This document shows positions 36,188 to 46,275 of a DNA stretch of 64,000 bases, piece after piece. The stretch comes from an uncultured Acidimicrobiia bacterium (GTDB taxonomy: Bacteria > Acidobacteriota > Vicinamibacteria > Vicinamibacterales > UBA2999), in NCBI GenBank assembly GCA_963784445.1, contig CAWARO010000003.1:1169440-1233439 (forward strand), in the 5' to 3' direction. Under the pieces are notes generated by a model. That model did not search any database. It worked only from the letters and a program-made list of their open reading frames with translations, and was not told the origin of the DNA. A program made the translations under genes and the position numbers. Within the stretch, counting starts at the first letter, position 1. Every line of letters starts with the position of its first letter.

Positions 36188-37882
36188 GAGCGCCCCGGCT
36201 CGTTACGCGCACGCTGGTGTCGTCGTTTCTGACAGTGGCGCTCGTGCTTGGCGCGGTCTTCGCGATGTTGAGCATCCGCGTCCGCGAGCAGGTGCGGCAG
36301 TCGGTGGCCGACAACCTCGCGTCGGCCCAGCAGGTGTTCACAGCGCGTGGAAGCACGGCGCCAGCAGGACGTGCGGGCCGCGGTGGCCACGCTGGCGGAG
36401 AATCCCACGCTCAAGGCGGCGCTCGACATCTGGCTGAGCGAGCGTGCCTCGGCAAACGAGCGCACCAGCGGCGAGCTGTTAGCCACGGTGCAGCGCGAGT
36501 GCGACAAGATGGCGGAACGCGTCGCCGCCGATGTGCTGGCCGTCACGGATGCCGAAGGCCGCATCGTGGCCAGCAGCGGACGGCTCGCCGCGTCGTGGCC
36601 GCGCGGCGTGATTATCGAGGAGCGCATCAACGCGGCGTCCGCGACCGATCGTTCGGCGAGTGTGGGCAGCAGCGTGTATCACGTGATCAGCGTGCCGCTG
36701 CAGCTGGGTGAGGCGACGATCGGGTCGCTCGAGCTTGGCACCGCGCTCGACGGCACGTACGCGCGCGACCTCGCGGACCTGTCACGGGGCCATGCCGCGA
36801 TCGTCGAGGGGATCGATAGTTCTCGCCAGCACGCTGTCGGGTCCCGAGGCACGCGATCTGGCCACCTACCTCAGTGATGCGGTCACGCCTGGCCAGCACG
36901 CTCACGCTGGCGGGCGAGTCGTGGGCGGCACAGCCGCTGTTGCGGCTCGGCGACGTGACCTTCCTGGCGCTGGCGTCGATCGACGCTGCGGCGGCGGTGC
37001 AGACGGCGGCCGCGCTGCGGAGCCTGGCGTGGGTTGGCCTCGGCGCGATCGTGCTGGCCGGGATCGGCAGCATCTGGCTGGCGCGCACGTTGACCAACCC
37101 GATCGATCAACTGTCGCGATCGTTATCGCTGATGACCATCGCCGGGCGCGCCCACAAACCGGTCGAGCTGAGCGGATCGAGCCGCGAGCTCGATCAACTG
37201 ACGTTTACCTTCAACGCGTTGATGGCCTCGCTGTCGTCGGCGGAAGCCGACGCGGAAGCGACCTATCTTGGCGCGGTCCGGGCGCTGGCCGCGGCGCTCG
37301 ACGCCCGCGACCCGTATACCGCGGGCCATTCCGAACGGGTGAGCCGGTTCGCGGTGGCGATGGGCGAGGAGCTCAAGCTCGACGCCGACGCCATGGAAAC
37401 GCTGCGCCTCGGCGCGCTGCTGCACGACATCGGCAAGATCGGCGTGCCCGACGAGGTGCTGCGAAAGCCCGGCGTGTTGAGCGCCGCCGAGTTCGAATTG
37501 ATCAAGATGCATCCCTCCGCCGGCGCGCGCATCCTGCGGAGCATTCCGTTCCTCGCGCCGCACATTCCGATCGTCGAGCTGCACCATGAACGCCCGGACG
37601 GGCTGGGGTATCCGTACGGCTTGCGCGGCGACGAGGTTCCCATGCTCGCGCGCATCGTGCACGTGGCCGACGCGTTCGACGCCATGACCAGCGCCCGCGC
37701 CTATCGCTCGGGTCGCATTCCGGTCGAGGCCGATCAGCGAGCTGCGCAAGTGCATCGGCACAGATTTCGATGGTCCGTCGGTCGAGGCCCTGGTCGCGGC
37801 TTTGCCGCGACTGGTCGCGGCAGGCGAGCCGGTCGATCCCACGGTCTTCCAATGGGCAGCGCATCGCGCGCGATCAGCGTAA
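36184..37882 (+). pseudogene. TM-sensor-HAMP-HD-GYP phosphodiesterase gene, broken by four frame switches
   Basis: GTGA-coupled start at 36184. HD-GYP motifs HSERV, LHDIGKIGVPD, HHERPDGLGYP. Frame order 1>2 (~36345), 2>3 (~36815), 3>1 (~36893), 1>2 (~37730, gcc[g]atc). The corrected frame ends at TAA 37880-37882. Confidence 0.8.
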
Positions 37883-38943
37883 GCCGCATCGTTACGGCGG
37901 CGATGCTTGCGCTCGCGCTGATACCGCGAACGCTCCTCGCCCAGCCCTCGCGCGTGGCGCTGGATGTCGTCGGCGCCGTCGATGGCGACGCGGGCTCCGA
38001 GGTCAGCCGCAAGCCCACTGCATGGTTCGATCTGTTCGGCGCGGTGCGGATTGTGGAGGGTCTGGATTTCCGCGTGCGTCCGGTGGTCTTCCGCCGATCG
38101 TTCGACGGCACGTGGCAGACACAGTTCTACGAGCTCGCCTTGCGGTACGAACGGCCCGGCGCGGTCGGTCTTCGCGTCGACGTGGGCCAGTTCACGTCAC
38201 CGGTCGGCCTGAGCATCCTGGAGAATCGTCCCGATCGCAATCCGGTGGTCTCGCCGCACTCGACGTTGTATCTGCCCATCCCTCGTTACGAGAACGGCAC
38301 GCCGACGACCTTCTTGCTCGCGGCGTCATACCCGCTTGGCGCGAAGGTGACCGTCTCGGGGGCCAGATGGGATGCGCGCGCGGCCGTGACGGATAGTTCC
38401 GCGATTCGCGGCCGGCCGTTCTTCGGTGATGACAAACCGCCGCGCATGGCGAACGTCATGGCCGGGGCGGGATTCACGCCGCACATCGGGCTGCGATTTG
38501 GCGGAGCGATGGCATTTGGTCCCTATGCCGCGCAGGAAGAGGTCCGCGATCAACGCCGCGGTGATCGCGCGGCGTCGCTGTACCAGGTGGAAGGTGAATG
38601 GTCGTTCGGCTACACGCGCCTCGCCGGTGAATGGCTATGGACCGAACGCGAGTTAGCACAGGGAGATGCGCACGTCACCGGTGGGTGGATCGAAGGCACG
38701 CAAACGCTCAGCCCGCGGGTGTTCGCGGCCGTGCGCTATGACGAGCAATGGACCCGATGGACGAGCACGCCCGACCTGACCGAACGCGAGGAGCCGTATC
38801 GCCGCGTGGAGGCGGCCGTCGGATTCCGCGTTTCACCCGACGTCACGTTGCGCGGCAGCTACATGACGCGCAAAGGCTACGTGGTCGGTTTTTGGGATGA
38901 TCAGTTTCTCGCGTCGGTCGTCTTCGCGAAGAAACTAATGTAG
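37852..38943 (+). CDS. hypothetical outer-membrane beta-barrel-like protein
   Basis: ATG at 37852 gives the signal peptide MGSASRAISVSRIVTAAMLALALIPRTLLAQ. Alternating beta-strand-like pattern and an aromatic-rich C-terminus. It appears fused to HD-GYP in the track only because of the 37730 frame switch. Confidence 0.6.
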   Translation: MGSASRAISVSRIVTAAMLALALIPRTLLAQPSRVALDVVGAVDGDAGSEVSRKPTAWFDLFGAVRIVEGLDFRVRPVVFRRSFDGTWQTQFYELALRYERPGAVGLRVDVGQFTSPVGLSILENRPDRNPVVSPHSTLYLPIPRYENGTPTTFLLAASYPLGAKVTVSGARWDARAAVTDSSAIRGRPFFGDDKPPRMANVMAGAGFTPHIGLRFGGAMAFGPYAAQEEVRDQRRGDRAASLYQVEGEWSFGYTRLAGEWLWTERELAQGDAHVTGGWIEGTQTLSPRVFAAVRYDEQWTRWTSTPDLTEREEPYRRVEAAVGFRVSPDVTLRGSYMTRKGYVVGFWDDQFLASVVFAKKLM

Positions 38944-38953
38944 GGACGATGTA

Positions 38954-39013
38954 GGGGCGGGACTTTCGAAGTCCACCGAAGCGCAACGCGCGAAGGTGGA
39001 AGTCCCGCCCGCC
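38954..39013. repeat. REP-like imperfect hairpin element, copy 2
   Basis: GGGGCGGGACTTTCGAAGTCCACCGAAGCGCAACGCGCGAAGGTGGAAGTCCCGCCCGCC. Same architecture as 19411-19470. Located between convergent genes. Confidence 0.88.
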
Positions 39014-39018
39014 AGCCA

Positions 39019-40281
39019 TCAAAACGCCTTCCGCCCCGCAATCCACACCTGCTCGATGCTCCGCGTGTTGCGGATGTTCTGCAACGGATTCGCACCGAGA
39101 ATCAACAGATCGGCGGCGCCCCCCGGCGCCAGCGTGCCGAACTCGCCGGCCTTCCGATGACACCGCGCCGCATCGCCAGTCGCTGACACAATCGCCTGCA
39201 TCGGCGTCAGCCCGGCCTCGACCATCATCTCGAGCTCGAGATGTTCGAAGAATCCCTGGAAGCGCGCCGGCGGCCCCGTATCGGTGCCGAACGCGATGCG
39301 GACGCCTTTGTCGACGAGCGTCTTCAAGTTGCGGTTCGCCACCTGGAGGCTGGCCTTGTATTGCTGTCCCGCTTTCCAGCCGTTGCTGTTGCGGATCTGC
39401 TCGTGGCGCTTCGGGTCCTTGAGCTGGGCCGGGATGTCCTTGTCGACGCCTTTGACGAAGAATGGATCGTCGACCCACGCCGGCGCCGCGTCGTAGATGA
39501 ACGTCGAGATTTCGCGGGTCAGTGTCGGCGAGTAGCAGATGTCGCGCGACTTCAAGGCGTTGATGAACTCCTCGTCCACGGCGGTATCGCGCACGCTGTG
39601 CGCGATCATGTCGGCACCGGCCAACAGCGTGGCCTTTGCATCGGCGAGCCAATAGATGTGCACCGCCACCGGCAACTTGCGTGCGTGCGCCTCTTCGATC
39701 ACCGCGCGCCACGCCGCTTCGGGCATCTTGCGCGTCGTCCCGAGGTTGTCGTCCACCCGGATTTTGATCACATCGGGTTTCATCTCGGCGACCTTGATCG
39801 TCATGGCGCGCGCCGCGTCGGCGGTGTCGCCGCCGATGACCGGACCCGACACGAACAGGCGCGCCCGATCGGTGGCCGGCTCGTTGCGAAGCTCGAAGCC
39901 GGCGGCCTGGTCGTCGCCGAGGCTGAACACGGTGGTGACGCCGTACTGCGCGTAGGTCTTCAACTGGCGTGTCAGGTTCTCACGTGTGTAGCCCGCCGCC
40001 GCGTCGGCGCGTAGTCCCACCGTGTTGCCGACGTGCCCGTGCGCGTTGATCAGGCCGGGCAATAGCGTTTTGCCCTTCACATCAATGCGCGTCGCGCCGG
40101 CCGGCACCGGCGTCGAGGCCGGACCGACCGTCGTGATCTTGTTGCCGGTGATCACGACCGTGCCGTTTTCGATCACCTTGCCGGTGCCATCGATGACGCG
40201 GCCGCCAACAAAGGCCGTGGTTTGGGCCTGCGCACCGGCCGCGGCGAGCAGGAGGAGCGACAGGATTCCGATAATGCGCAT
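39019..40281 (-). CDS. amidohydrolase family protein (secreted)
   Basis: Signal MRIIGILSLLLLAAAGAQA; metal motif LINAHGHVG; 420 aa. Confidence 0.8.
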   Translation of the reverse strand: MRIIGILSLLLLAAAGAQAQTTAFVGGRVIDGTGKVIENGTVVITGNKITTVGPASTPVPAGATRIDVKGKTLLPGLINAHGHVGNTVGLRADAAAGYTRENLTRQLKTYAQYGVTTVFSLGDDQAAGFELRNEPATDRARLFVSGPVIGGDTADAARAMTIKVAEMKPDVIKIRVDDNLGTTRKMPEAAWRAVIEEAHARKLPVAVHIYWLADAKATLLAGADMIAHSVRDTAVDEEFINALKSRDICYSPTLTREISTFIYDAAPAWVDDPFFVKGVDKDIPAQLKDPKRHEQIRNSNGWKAGQQYKASLQVANRNLKTLVDKGVRIAFGTDTGPPARFQGFFEHLELEMMVEAGLTPMQAIVSATGDAARCHRKAGEFGTLAPGGAADLLILGANPLQNIRNTRSIEQVWIAGRKAF

Positions 40282-40340
40282 GCCGCGTAGCTTAACCCCA
40301 TTCGACTCGCGACAGACCCAGCCTGAGCTACCATCCTCAG

Positions 40341-40994
40341 ATGGTCGCCTTGCAGGTGCTCGTTGCCGACGATGAGCCGGTCTCGCGGACGGTGGTTGGC
40401 GCGATGCTGAAAAAGGCCGGGTACGCGGTGAGCTACGCGCCCGACGGCGAGCAGGCGTGGGCGCTCCTGAATGGCCCGCAGCCGCCCGCGCTCGCCTTGC
40501 TCGACTGGGAAATGCCGGGCCTGCAGGGGCCCGAGGTGGTGGAGCGGATCCGCGGGAAGCTCGCGCAAACGCCGACCTACGTGATCCTGCTGACCTCGCG
40601 CGACACCGTGGCCGACATCGTGCGGGGCCTACGCGCCGGCGCGGACGATTACGTCACCAAGCCGGCGAACGAAGACGAGCTGATCGCGCGCGTCAACGTC
40701 GGCGCCCGCGTCGTGCAACTGCAGCAGGCGCTGGCCGAGCGGGTGCGCAGCCTCGAAGAGGCCCTCGCCAACGTCAAGGCGTTGCAGACGTTGCTGCCGA
40801 TGTGTGCGTACTGCAAGTCGATCCGCAACGACCAGAACTACTGGGAGAAGGTCGAGACCTACTTCACCCAACACTCGGGCGTGTCGTTCACGCACAGTTA
40901 TTGTCCGAGCTGTTACGACCGCTTCGTGCGCCCTGAACTCGAAGCGCTCGAGACCAACCGCGCCATACAGGATCGCCAGCGCAGCAAGGAATGA
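40341..40994 (+). CDS. response regulator with a C-terminal four-cysteine domain
   Basis: Receiver (VLVADDEP...LLDWEMPGL...TKP) followed by LLPMCAYCKSIRNDQNYWEKVETYFTQHSGVSFTHSYCPSCY. Confidence 0.85.
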   Translation: MVALQVLVADDEPVSRTVVGAMLKKAGYAVSYAPDGEQAWALLNGPQPPALALLDWEMPGLQGPEVVERIRGKLAQTPTYVILLTSRDTVADIVRGLRAGADDYVTKPANEDELIARVNVGARVVQLQQALAERVRSLEEALANVKALQTLLPMCAYCKSIRNDQNYWEKVETYFTQHSGVSFTHSYCPSCYDRFVRPELEALETNRAIQDRQRSKE

Positions 40995-41347
40995 CCAACC
41001 CGGATGTGCTCGACCCGGCGGTCGTCGAGCGCCTGCGGCAGCTGACTCCGCCCGACGAGCCCGACGTGCTGAGCGAGGTGCTGCGCTTGTTTCTCGATGA
41101 GGTGCCGCGCCGCGTGGCACGCCTCAAGGCGGCCTGGCGCGAAAACAACGCCGTTGAGCTGCAGCGCGCGGCGCATTCCCTGAAGGGCAGTTCCGGCAAC
41201 ATCGGCGCGCGCCACATGTACGAGATCTGCAAGCAGCTCGACGAACGCGGCAAGGCCGGCGACTTCAACGGCGCGCGTCATCTGATGGATTCGCTCGACG
41301 AGGAATACCTGAGAGTCGAGGCGGAGATCCGCCGCCTTCTCGGGTAA
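40991..41347 (+). CDS. Hpt (histidine phosphotransfer) domain protein
   Basis: HSLKGSSGNIGA motif. ATGA overlap with the response regulator gene. Confidence 0.85.
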   Translation: MTNPDVLDPAVVERLRQLTPPDEPDVLSEVLRLFLDEVPRRVARLKAAWRENNAVELQRAAHSLKGSSGNIGARHMYEICKQLDERGKAGDFNGARHLMDSLDEEYLRVEAEIRRLLG

Positions 41348-41356
41348 GATCGAAGC

Positions 41357-41779
41357 ATGATTGTGCAACGCTATCCGGAACCGTTCATCGCGCCGATGCG
41401 CGCCGAGCTCTCACGTCTGGGCTTCGAAGACCTGCGCACACCCGATGCGGTCGACACCGCGGTCAAGCAGCCCGGCACCACGATGATCGTCGTCAATTCT
41501 GTGTGCGGGTGCGCCGCCGGCAAAGCGCGCCCCGGTATCGCGCTCGCGCTCGCCACCGGCAAGCGGCCCGATCGCCTGGCCACCGTGTTCGCGGGTGCCG
41601 ACGTGGAAGCCACCGAAACCGCGCGCGCCTTCTTCACTCCCTACCCGCCGTCGTCGCCATCAATCGCGTTGATGAAGGACGGCAAGGTCGTTTACATGAT
41701 GGAGCGCCGCGACATCGAAGGGCGAACGGCCGACATGATCGCGGCGGAACTGCGCAACGCGTTCGATACCCACTGTTAA
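41357..41779 (+). CDS. BrxA/BrxB-type bacilliredoxin (YphP/YqiW, DUF1094)
   Basis: VNSVCGCAAGKARPG active-site CGC; 140 aa. Confidence 0.8.
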   Translation: MIVQRYPEPFIAPMRAELSRLGFEDLRTPDAVDTAVKQPGTTMIVVNSVCGCAAGKARPGIALALATGKRPDRLATVFAGADVEATETARAFFTPYPPSSPSIALMKDGKVVYMMERRDIEGRTADMIAAELRNAFDTHC

Positions 41780-41783
41780 GTAC

Positions 41784-41812
41784 GTAGGGGCGGGACTTTA
41801 GTCCCGCCCGCT
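41784..41812. repeat. REP-like hairpin, short copy 3
   Basis: GTAGGGGCGGGACT-TTA-GTCCCGCCCGC shares both flanks with copy 2 but lacks the inner segment. Confidence 0.85.
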
Positions 41813-41832
41813 TCCTAGCCGCGGATGCTGGT

Positions 41833-41910
41833 GATTCAGTCAGCAGTCGACAGCCTGCAGTTGAGAGTTTCAGTTAACAGTCGGCAGTTCAGTCGGCAGG
41901 GAGCAGTCCA
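41833..41910. repeat. GACTG/CAGTC spacer element, copy B (inverted relative to copy C)
   Basis: gattcagtcagcagtcgacagcctgcagttgagagtttcagttaacagtcggcagttcagtcggcag aligns with the reverse complement of 43059-43141. Confidence 0.85.
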
Positions 41911-41914
41911 GAGG

Positions 41915-42935
41915 CTAACCGCCACGCGTGTGCATTTCTAGGTGGGGGTCTCGTCGCAATGCGTTCAAAGGAATTAACGGCGATCGCTCGCGGACCGAGA
42001 GCCGCTGTTCGGCGCCGCGATCGGTTCGCGCGTGCCAGACGCTGGTAATCAACTCGCGCAAGGCTTCATCACTCACGCCGCCGCGAAGCGGTCCACGCAA
42101 ATCAATCCCGCGGCTCGCGTATAAACACAGGTACCAGACGCCGTCGGCGGTCAGCCGGCTGCGATCGCACGATTTGCAGAATGGTTCGGTCGTCGATGCG
42201 ATGATGCCGAAAACGGTGCCGTCTGGCAGTCGATAACGATCGGCGGGCGCCGAGGAAGATTCACGCAGTGGCTCGACCGGCCCATAGTGCGCCTCGATCG
42301 TCGCGAGCATGTCCTGGCGCGAAACGACCTGCGACATCGACCACGTCGTGGCTCCGCCAACGTCCATGTATTCGATGAAGCGAATCTCCGCACCGCGCGC
42401 TTTCGCGAAATCGAGCAACTGGACGATTTCATCGTCATTGACGCCGCGGATGACGACCGTGTCGATCTTGAAACCAGGAAACGGATCGACCGCCGCGTCG
42501 ATCCCCGCCAGCACGCGCGGTAGCTCGTCGAAACGAGCCAGCTTGATGAAGCGATCGCGTTTCAGAGTATCGAGGGAGATCGTCAGACGGTGCAGGCCGG
42601 CGGCTTTCAAATCGTTGACGGCAGGCTTCAACAGCACTGCGTTGGTGGTCATTGCGAGATCGCGAATGGCACTCTTGCGGGCCAAAGGTTCGATGAGCGC
42701 GGGCAAATCACGCCGCAGTAGCGGCTCCCCGCCGGTCAGCCGCACTTTGTCGACGCCGAGCAACAGGAATTGATCGACGAGGCGCTCGATTTCCTCGAAC
42801 TGCAGAATGTCTTCACGCGGCAGCCAAAGGTAATCCTCCTCCGGCATGCAGTACCTGGCAGCGAAGATTGCACCGGTCGGTGACCGACAGCCTCAGGTTC
42901 GCGAGCGGCCGGTTATGAGCGTCTAGAACTGGCAC
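41915..42935 (-). pseudogene. moaA: GTP 3',8-cyclase MoaA, one frame switch inside the radical-SAM cysteine motif (~42855)
   Basis: The upstream frame reads ...LRLSVTDRCNLRCQ. The downstream ORF starts MPEEDYLWLP...LTGGEPLLR...FCKSCDRSRLTADG. Removing one base from tgcc[a]ggtactgcatgccg restores CNLRCRYCMPEE. The putative GTG start at 42935 is uncertain. Confidence 0.85.
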
Positions 42936-43058
42936 GTCTACCCATCATACCGTCGGGATCGCAGAAAACGCCGAATGCCAGCCGTGGGGATGTCTCGATT
43001 TGCATTACGAATATGGAGCGACGCCTCGCGAGGGAACGCGAAAGGCGCCGCCGTCGGG

Positions 43059-43141
43059 ACTGACAACTGCCGACTGCCGACTGAACTGCCGACTGCAAAC
43101 TGAAACTCTCAACTGCGGACTGTCAACTGCTGACTGACTCA
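43059..43141. repeat. GACTG/CAGTC spacer element, copy C (UPF0182-moaA spacer)
   Basis: gactgacaactgccgactgccgactgaactgccgactgcaaactgaaactctcaactgcggactgtcaactgctgactgactca. GACTGCC heptamers. Ends on the UPF0182 stop codon. Confidence 0.85.
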
Positions 43142-45883
43142 TCGCGGCACCCTCATCCTGTCAAGCAGTTCCCCCAGGCGCCGTATCTCTTCTCCGTACT
43201 TGGCCCAGTCGCCGGCCTTCTGCGCCTCAAGCGCGCGGCGATAGGTGTCGCGCGCTTCATCGGCCATGCGATTCCACGCCGCTGAATCGACACCGGCCGG
43301 TGCGCCGGTGCCGGGAGCCGGCGGGGTCGTTAAGGTGCCCGGGGTGCCGGAGGTGCCGGCGTGCTGGCGGGCCGCGGCGGCGCAGCGGTACGATCCGCCT
43401 GGCCGAACAGGCGGGCGATCGCCTGTTCGAACGTCGGCTCCATCACGATGCGGTTTTGATACGCGACGATCACGCGCGTGAGCTCGGGGATGCGCCCGGC
43501 CTGCGCGCGCAGGTAGAGCGGCCGCACGTAGATCAGCGACTCCTCGATCGGAATCACCATCAACGTGCCCTGGATGACCTGCGAGCCCTGCTGGTTCCAC
43601 AACGTGATCTGCGGCGCAATCACCTGGTCCTGGTTGATGCGCGCCACGACCTGCGCCGGCCCGAACACCAGCGTCTGCTTCGGGAACTGGAACACCATGC
43701 AGCTTGCCGTAGTGTTCACCGTCGCTTCTCGCCACCATCCACGAGGCCAGGTTGTCGCGGCGCCGCGGCGTGAACGGCAGCATCTGGATGAACTCCGCGT
43801 TGCTCTCGCCGGGCAGCTTCATCATCGCGTAGTACGGCTCCATGCGCCGGCTCTCGCCGCCGCTGTCCACGGCCGGCGCTTCCCACTGATCTTCCTTGTT
43901 GTAGAACACCGCCGGATTGGTCATGTGATACGTCGCGTACACCGACGCCTGGATCTGGAAGATGCCTTCGGGATAGCGAACGTGGCTGCGCAGGTCCGGC
44001 CGGCATGTCGGCGAGCGGCCGCATCAGGTTCGGGAAAATCTTCGCGAGCGTCTGCGCGATCGGATCCGTGGTGTCGGCGGCGTAGAAGGTGACGGTGCCG
44101 TGATAGGCGTCGATGGTGATCTTCACCGAGTTGCGGATGTAGTTGACGCCGCCGGCGGCTGACGCGTACGGATACCGATCGCTCACCGTGTAGGCGTCCT
44201 GGATCCAGAAAATGCGGCCCTCGCTGACCACCGGATACGGATCCTCATCGAGCACCAGGAACGGCGCGATCTTCGCCACGCGGCGGCGAATCTGGCGCTC
44301 GAACATCAGCCGGCTTTCATTGGTGATGTCGTCGCTGAGCAGGATTTGGTAGGACCGGAAGCGAATCGCGAACAGCAACTTGTTCCAGAGCGAGCCGATC
44401 GGGATGCCGCCGGTGCCCGCGTACTGCGAGTAGACGTTGTCTTCGCCCTTCGGATAGTCGAACTCCTGCGCCGTGGTCCGCACGATCACGTAATCGTTGG
44501 CGAGCTCGCCGAAGTAGATGCTCGGCTCGGAGATGTCGATGTCGACGCGTGGTCACCGGCGGCAGGTCGCGCACGAACAGCACCGGCAGTCCGTCGGACG
44601 TCACCTCGTTGACCGGCCCCAGCGTCAGGCCGTGGCCGTGCGTGAAGACGAGGCGTTCGTTGATCCACGTGCGGTTGGGCAGCGCCGCGGGATTCAACTC
44701 GCGCACCGAAAGCATCACCTGGCGGCTCTGACCGTTGATGGTGTAGCGATCGTTGTCGACCGAGACGAAGTCGTAATACGGTACGAATCTCCTGGAGCTG
44801 GCCGAACGTTTCGAGCAGCGGCTGGTGATCCCAGAGCCGCACGTTCTCGAGCGTCGAGCGATTGGTCTCGATGCTTTGCCGCGACAGCGTCGCTTCGCCG
44901 GGGAGCTCGCGCTCTTCGACCTGATCGAGGGCGAATGCCCGGCGCGTGGCGGCGATGTTGTATTCCATGAACGGCGTTTCGCGCTGCTGCTCGTTCGGCG
45001 TGACGGCAAAGCGCTGCAGCGCCGCGGCGTAACCCTGGCCGCCGAGCATCGTGACCCCGTAAATGCCGGCGGCCACAATCAGGAGACGCACCCGGCCGGT
45101 CAGCGCCGCCGCGATGGCGAGGCCGGCGGCGACCAGTGCCGCCGCTGTCAGTGCGAGCGCGGCCGGCATCCGCGCGTGCGCGTCGGCATAGCTGGCGCCC
45201 TGGATGATGCCCGACGGCATCACGATTTCCTGGACGCGGCTGAGCCATGCGCCCAGCGCCAGCACCAGGAAGAACCCCGCCGCCAGCCACGTGAGATGCG
45301 TGCGCGCGCGATTTTCGACGCGCAGGCCGAAGGGCGTCAGCGCCACCTGGCCGGCGACGAAGTACAGCGCCGCCGACCCGATCACCGCGAGCACGATCAG
45401 GCCGAGCAGGAAGCCGCGCAGCAACTCCAGCAGCGGCAGCGTGAAGACGTAGAAGCCGGCGTCGTAGCCGAGCACGGGATCGTTGGCGCCAAAGGGCACC
45501 TGGTGCCACCAGTTGAGCAGCGTCATCCACTGCGTGGAGACGAACGACGCCAGGAGAAATGCCGCTACCGCCACCAGCACCATGACGAGGGGCCGCACTT
45601 GGTCGCGCGTCGGCAGCGCGACGGTAAACCCCTCGCGCGTCGTAAAGGTCATCGGCGCCGGCGAGATCGCCGCAAGGGCCTGGCGAACCTGGAAGGACAG
45701 CCAGGCGACCGTGATCACGAATGAGGCCGCGCCAGCCAGGGCGCGGACCGAGATCTCAGTGGAGTAGACCTGCCGATAGCCCACCTCGCCGAACCACAAC
45801 CAGTCGGCCAGGAAATCGATGCCCGCCGGCACGACGAAGAACGCGGCCGCGACGAGGCCGAACACGATGACACGCAGTGGCAC
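43139..45883 (-). pseudogene. UPF0182 family large membrane protein, fragmented by at least 5 frame switches
   Basis: The protein can be followed through ORFs 44486-45883, 44317-45078, 43716-44489, 43139-43942 and 43330-43719 (…LQEIR|[12 protein letters not shown]…|…[19 protein letters not shown]…|…[20 protein letters not shown]…|…[13 protein letters not shown]…). The first junction is cgt[a]ccgtattac. Confidence 0.78.
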
Positions 45884-45892
45884 GGGGGAAGT

Positions 45893-46273
45893 TTACTCCC
45901 CCCGCTTTAAGCGGCGCAGGGTTCGTCGCACGTCGCGATCGGGCCGGGTCGGCGGCGTGGCCGCGGCGCGATAGACGCGCTCCATGCGGCGGATTGCCAC
46001 TTCTTCCGGCGTCGGCTTGGGAGTGTGGTCCTCATACAGCGTCCGCGCCTGGGCCTTGGGGAGGTTCTCGTCCGTGACACCCAGCACGGTGATGAGCTGC
46101 TTTCTGCCGAACGGACGATGAATCTCGATCTCATCGTCTTCTTTGACCGGCCGATGCGCCTTGGCCGGCTGGCCGTTGACGATGATTTTGTTCAGCCGGC
46201 ACGCTTTCGTCGCTTCGGAGCGGGTCTTGAAAAGGCACGCGACGTCGAGCCAGGTATCGAGACGAACGACCAT
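45893..46273 (-). CDS. S4-domain RNA-binding protein (Hsp15/HslR-like)
   Basis: [51 protein letters not shown]. An alternative ATG lies at 46282. Confidence 0.75.
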   Translation of the reverse strand: MVVRLDTWLDVACLFKTRSEATKACRLNKIIVNGQPAKAHRPVKEDDEIEIHRPFGRKQLITVLGVTDENLPKAQARTLYEDHTPKPTPEEVAIRRMERVYRAAATPPTRPDRDVRRTLRRLKRGE

Positions 46274-46275
46274 CG

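Noticed and set aside
36874-38943. Single 689-aa ORF suggesting an HD-GYP-porin fusion protein.
   Set aside because: The HD-GYP C-terminus (ISELRKCIGTDFDGPSVEAL...) continues in the +1 frame and stops at 37882. An ATG at 37852 with a clean signal peptide starts a separate protein. The apparent fusion is created by the extra base near 37730.
42936-43058. Moco riboswitch upstream of moaA.
   Set aside because: I could not recognise the conserved Moco-motif stems or loops in the reverse-complemented leader. The region is largely occupied by the GACTG repeat. A covariance-model scan (RF01055) would be decisive.
42913-43098. 61-aa minus-strand ORF between moaA and UPF0182.
   Set aside because: It is composed largely of translated GACTG repeat (QSAVQSAVGSCQS...) and overlaps the corrected moaA 5' end. 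It has no start context.
41833-43141. Composite transposon or mobile cassette carrying moaA.
   Set aside because: No transposase, integrase or target-site duplication was seen. The flanking repeats belong to a dispersed spacer family that also follows udg.
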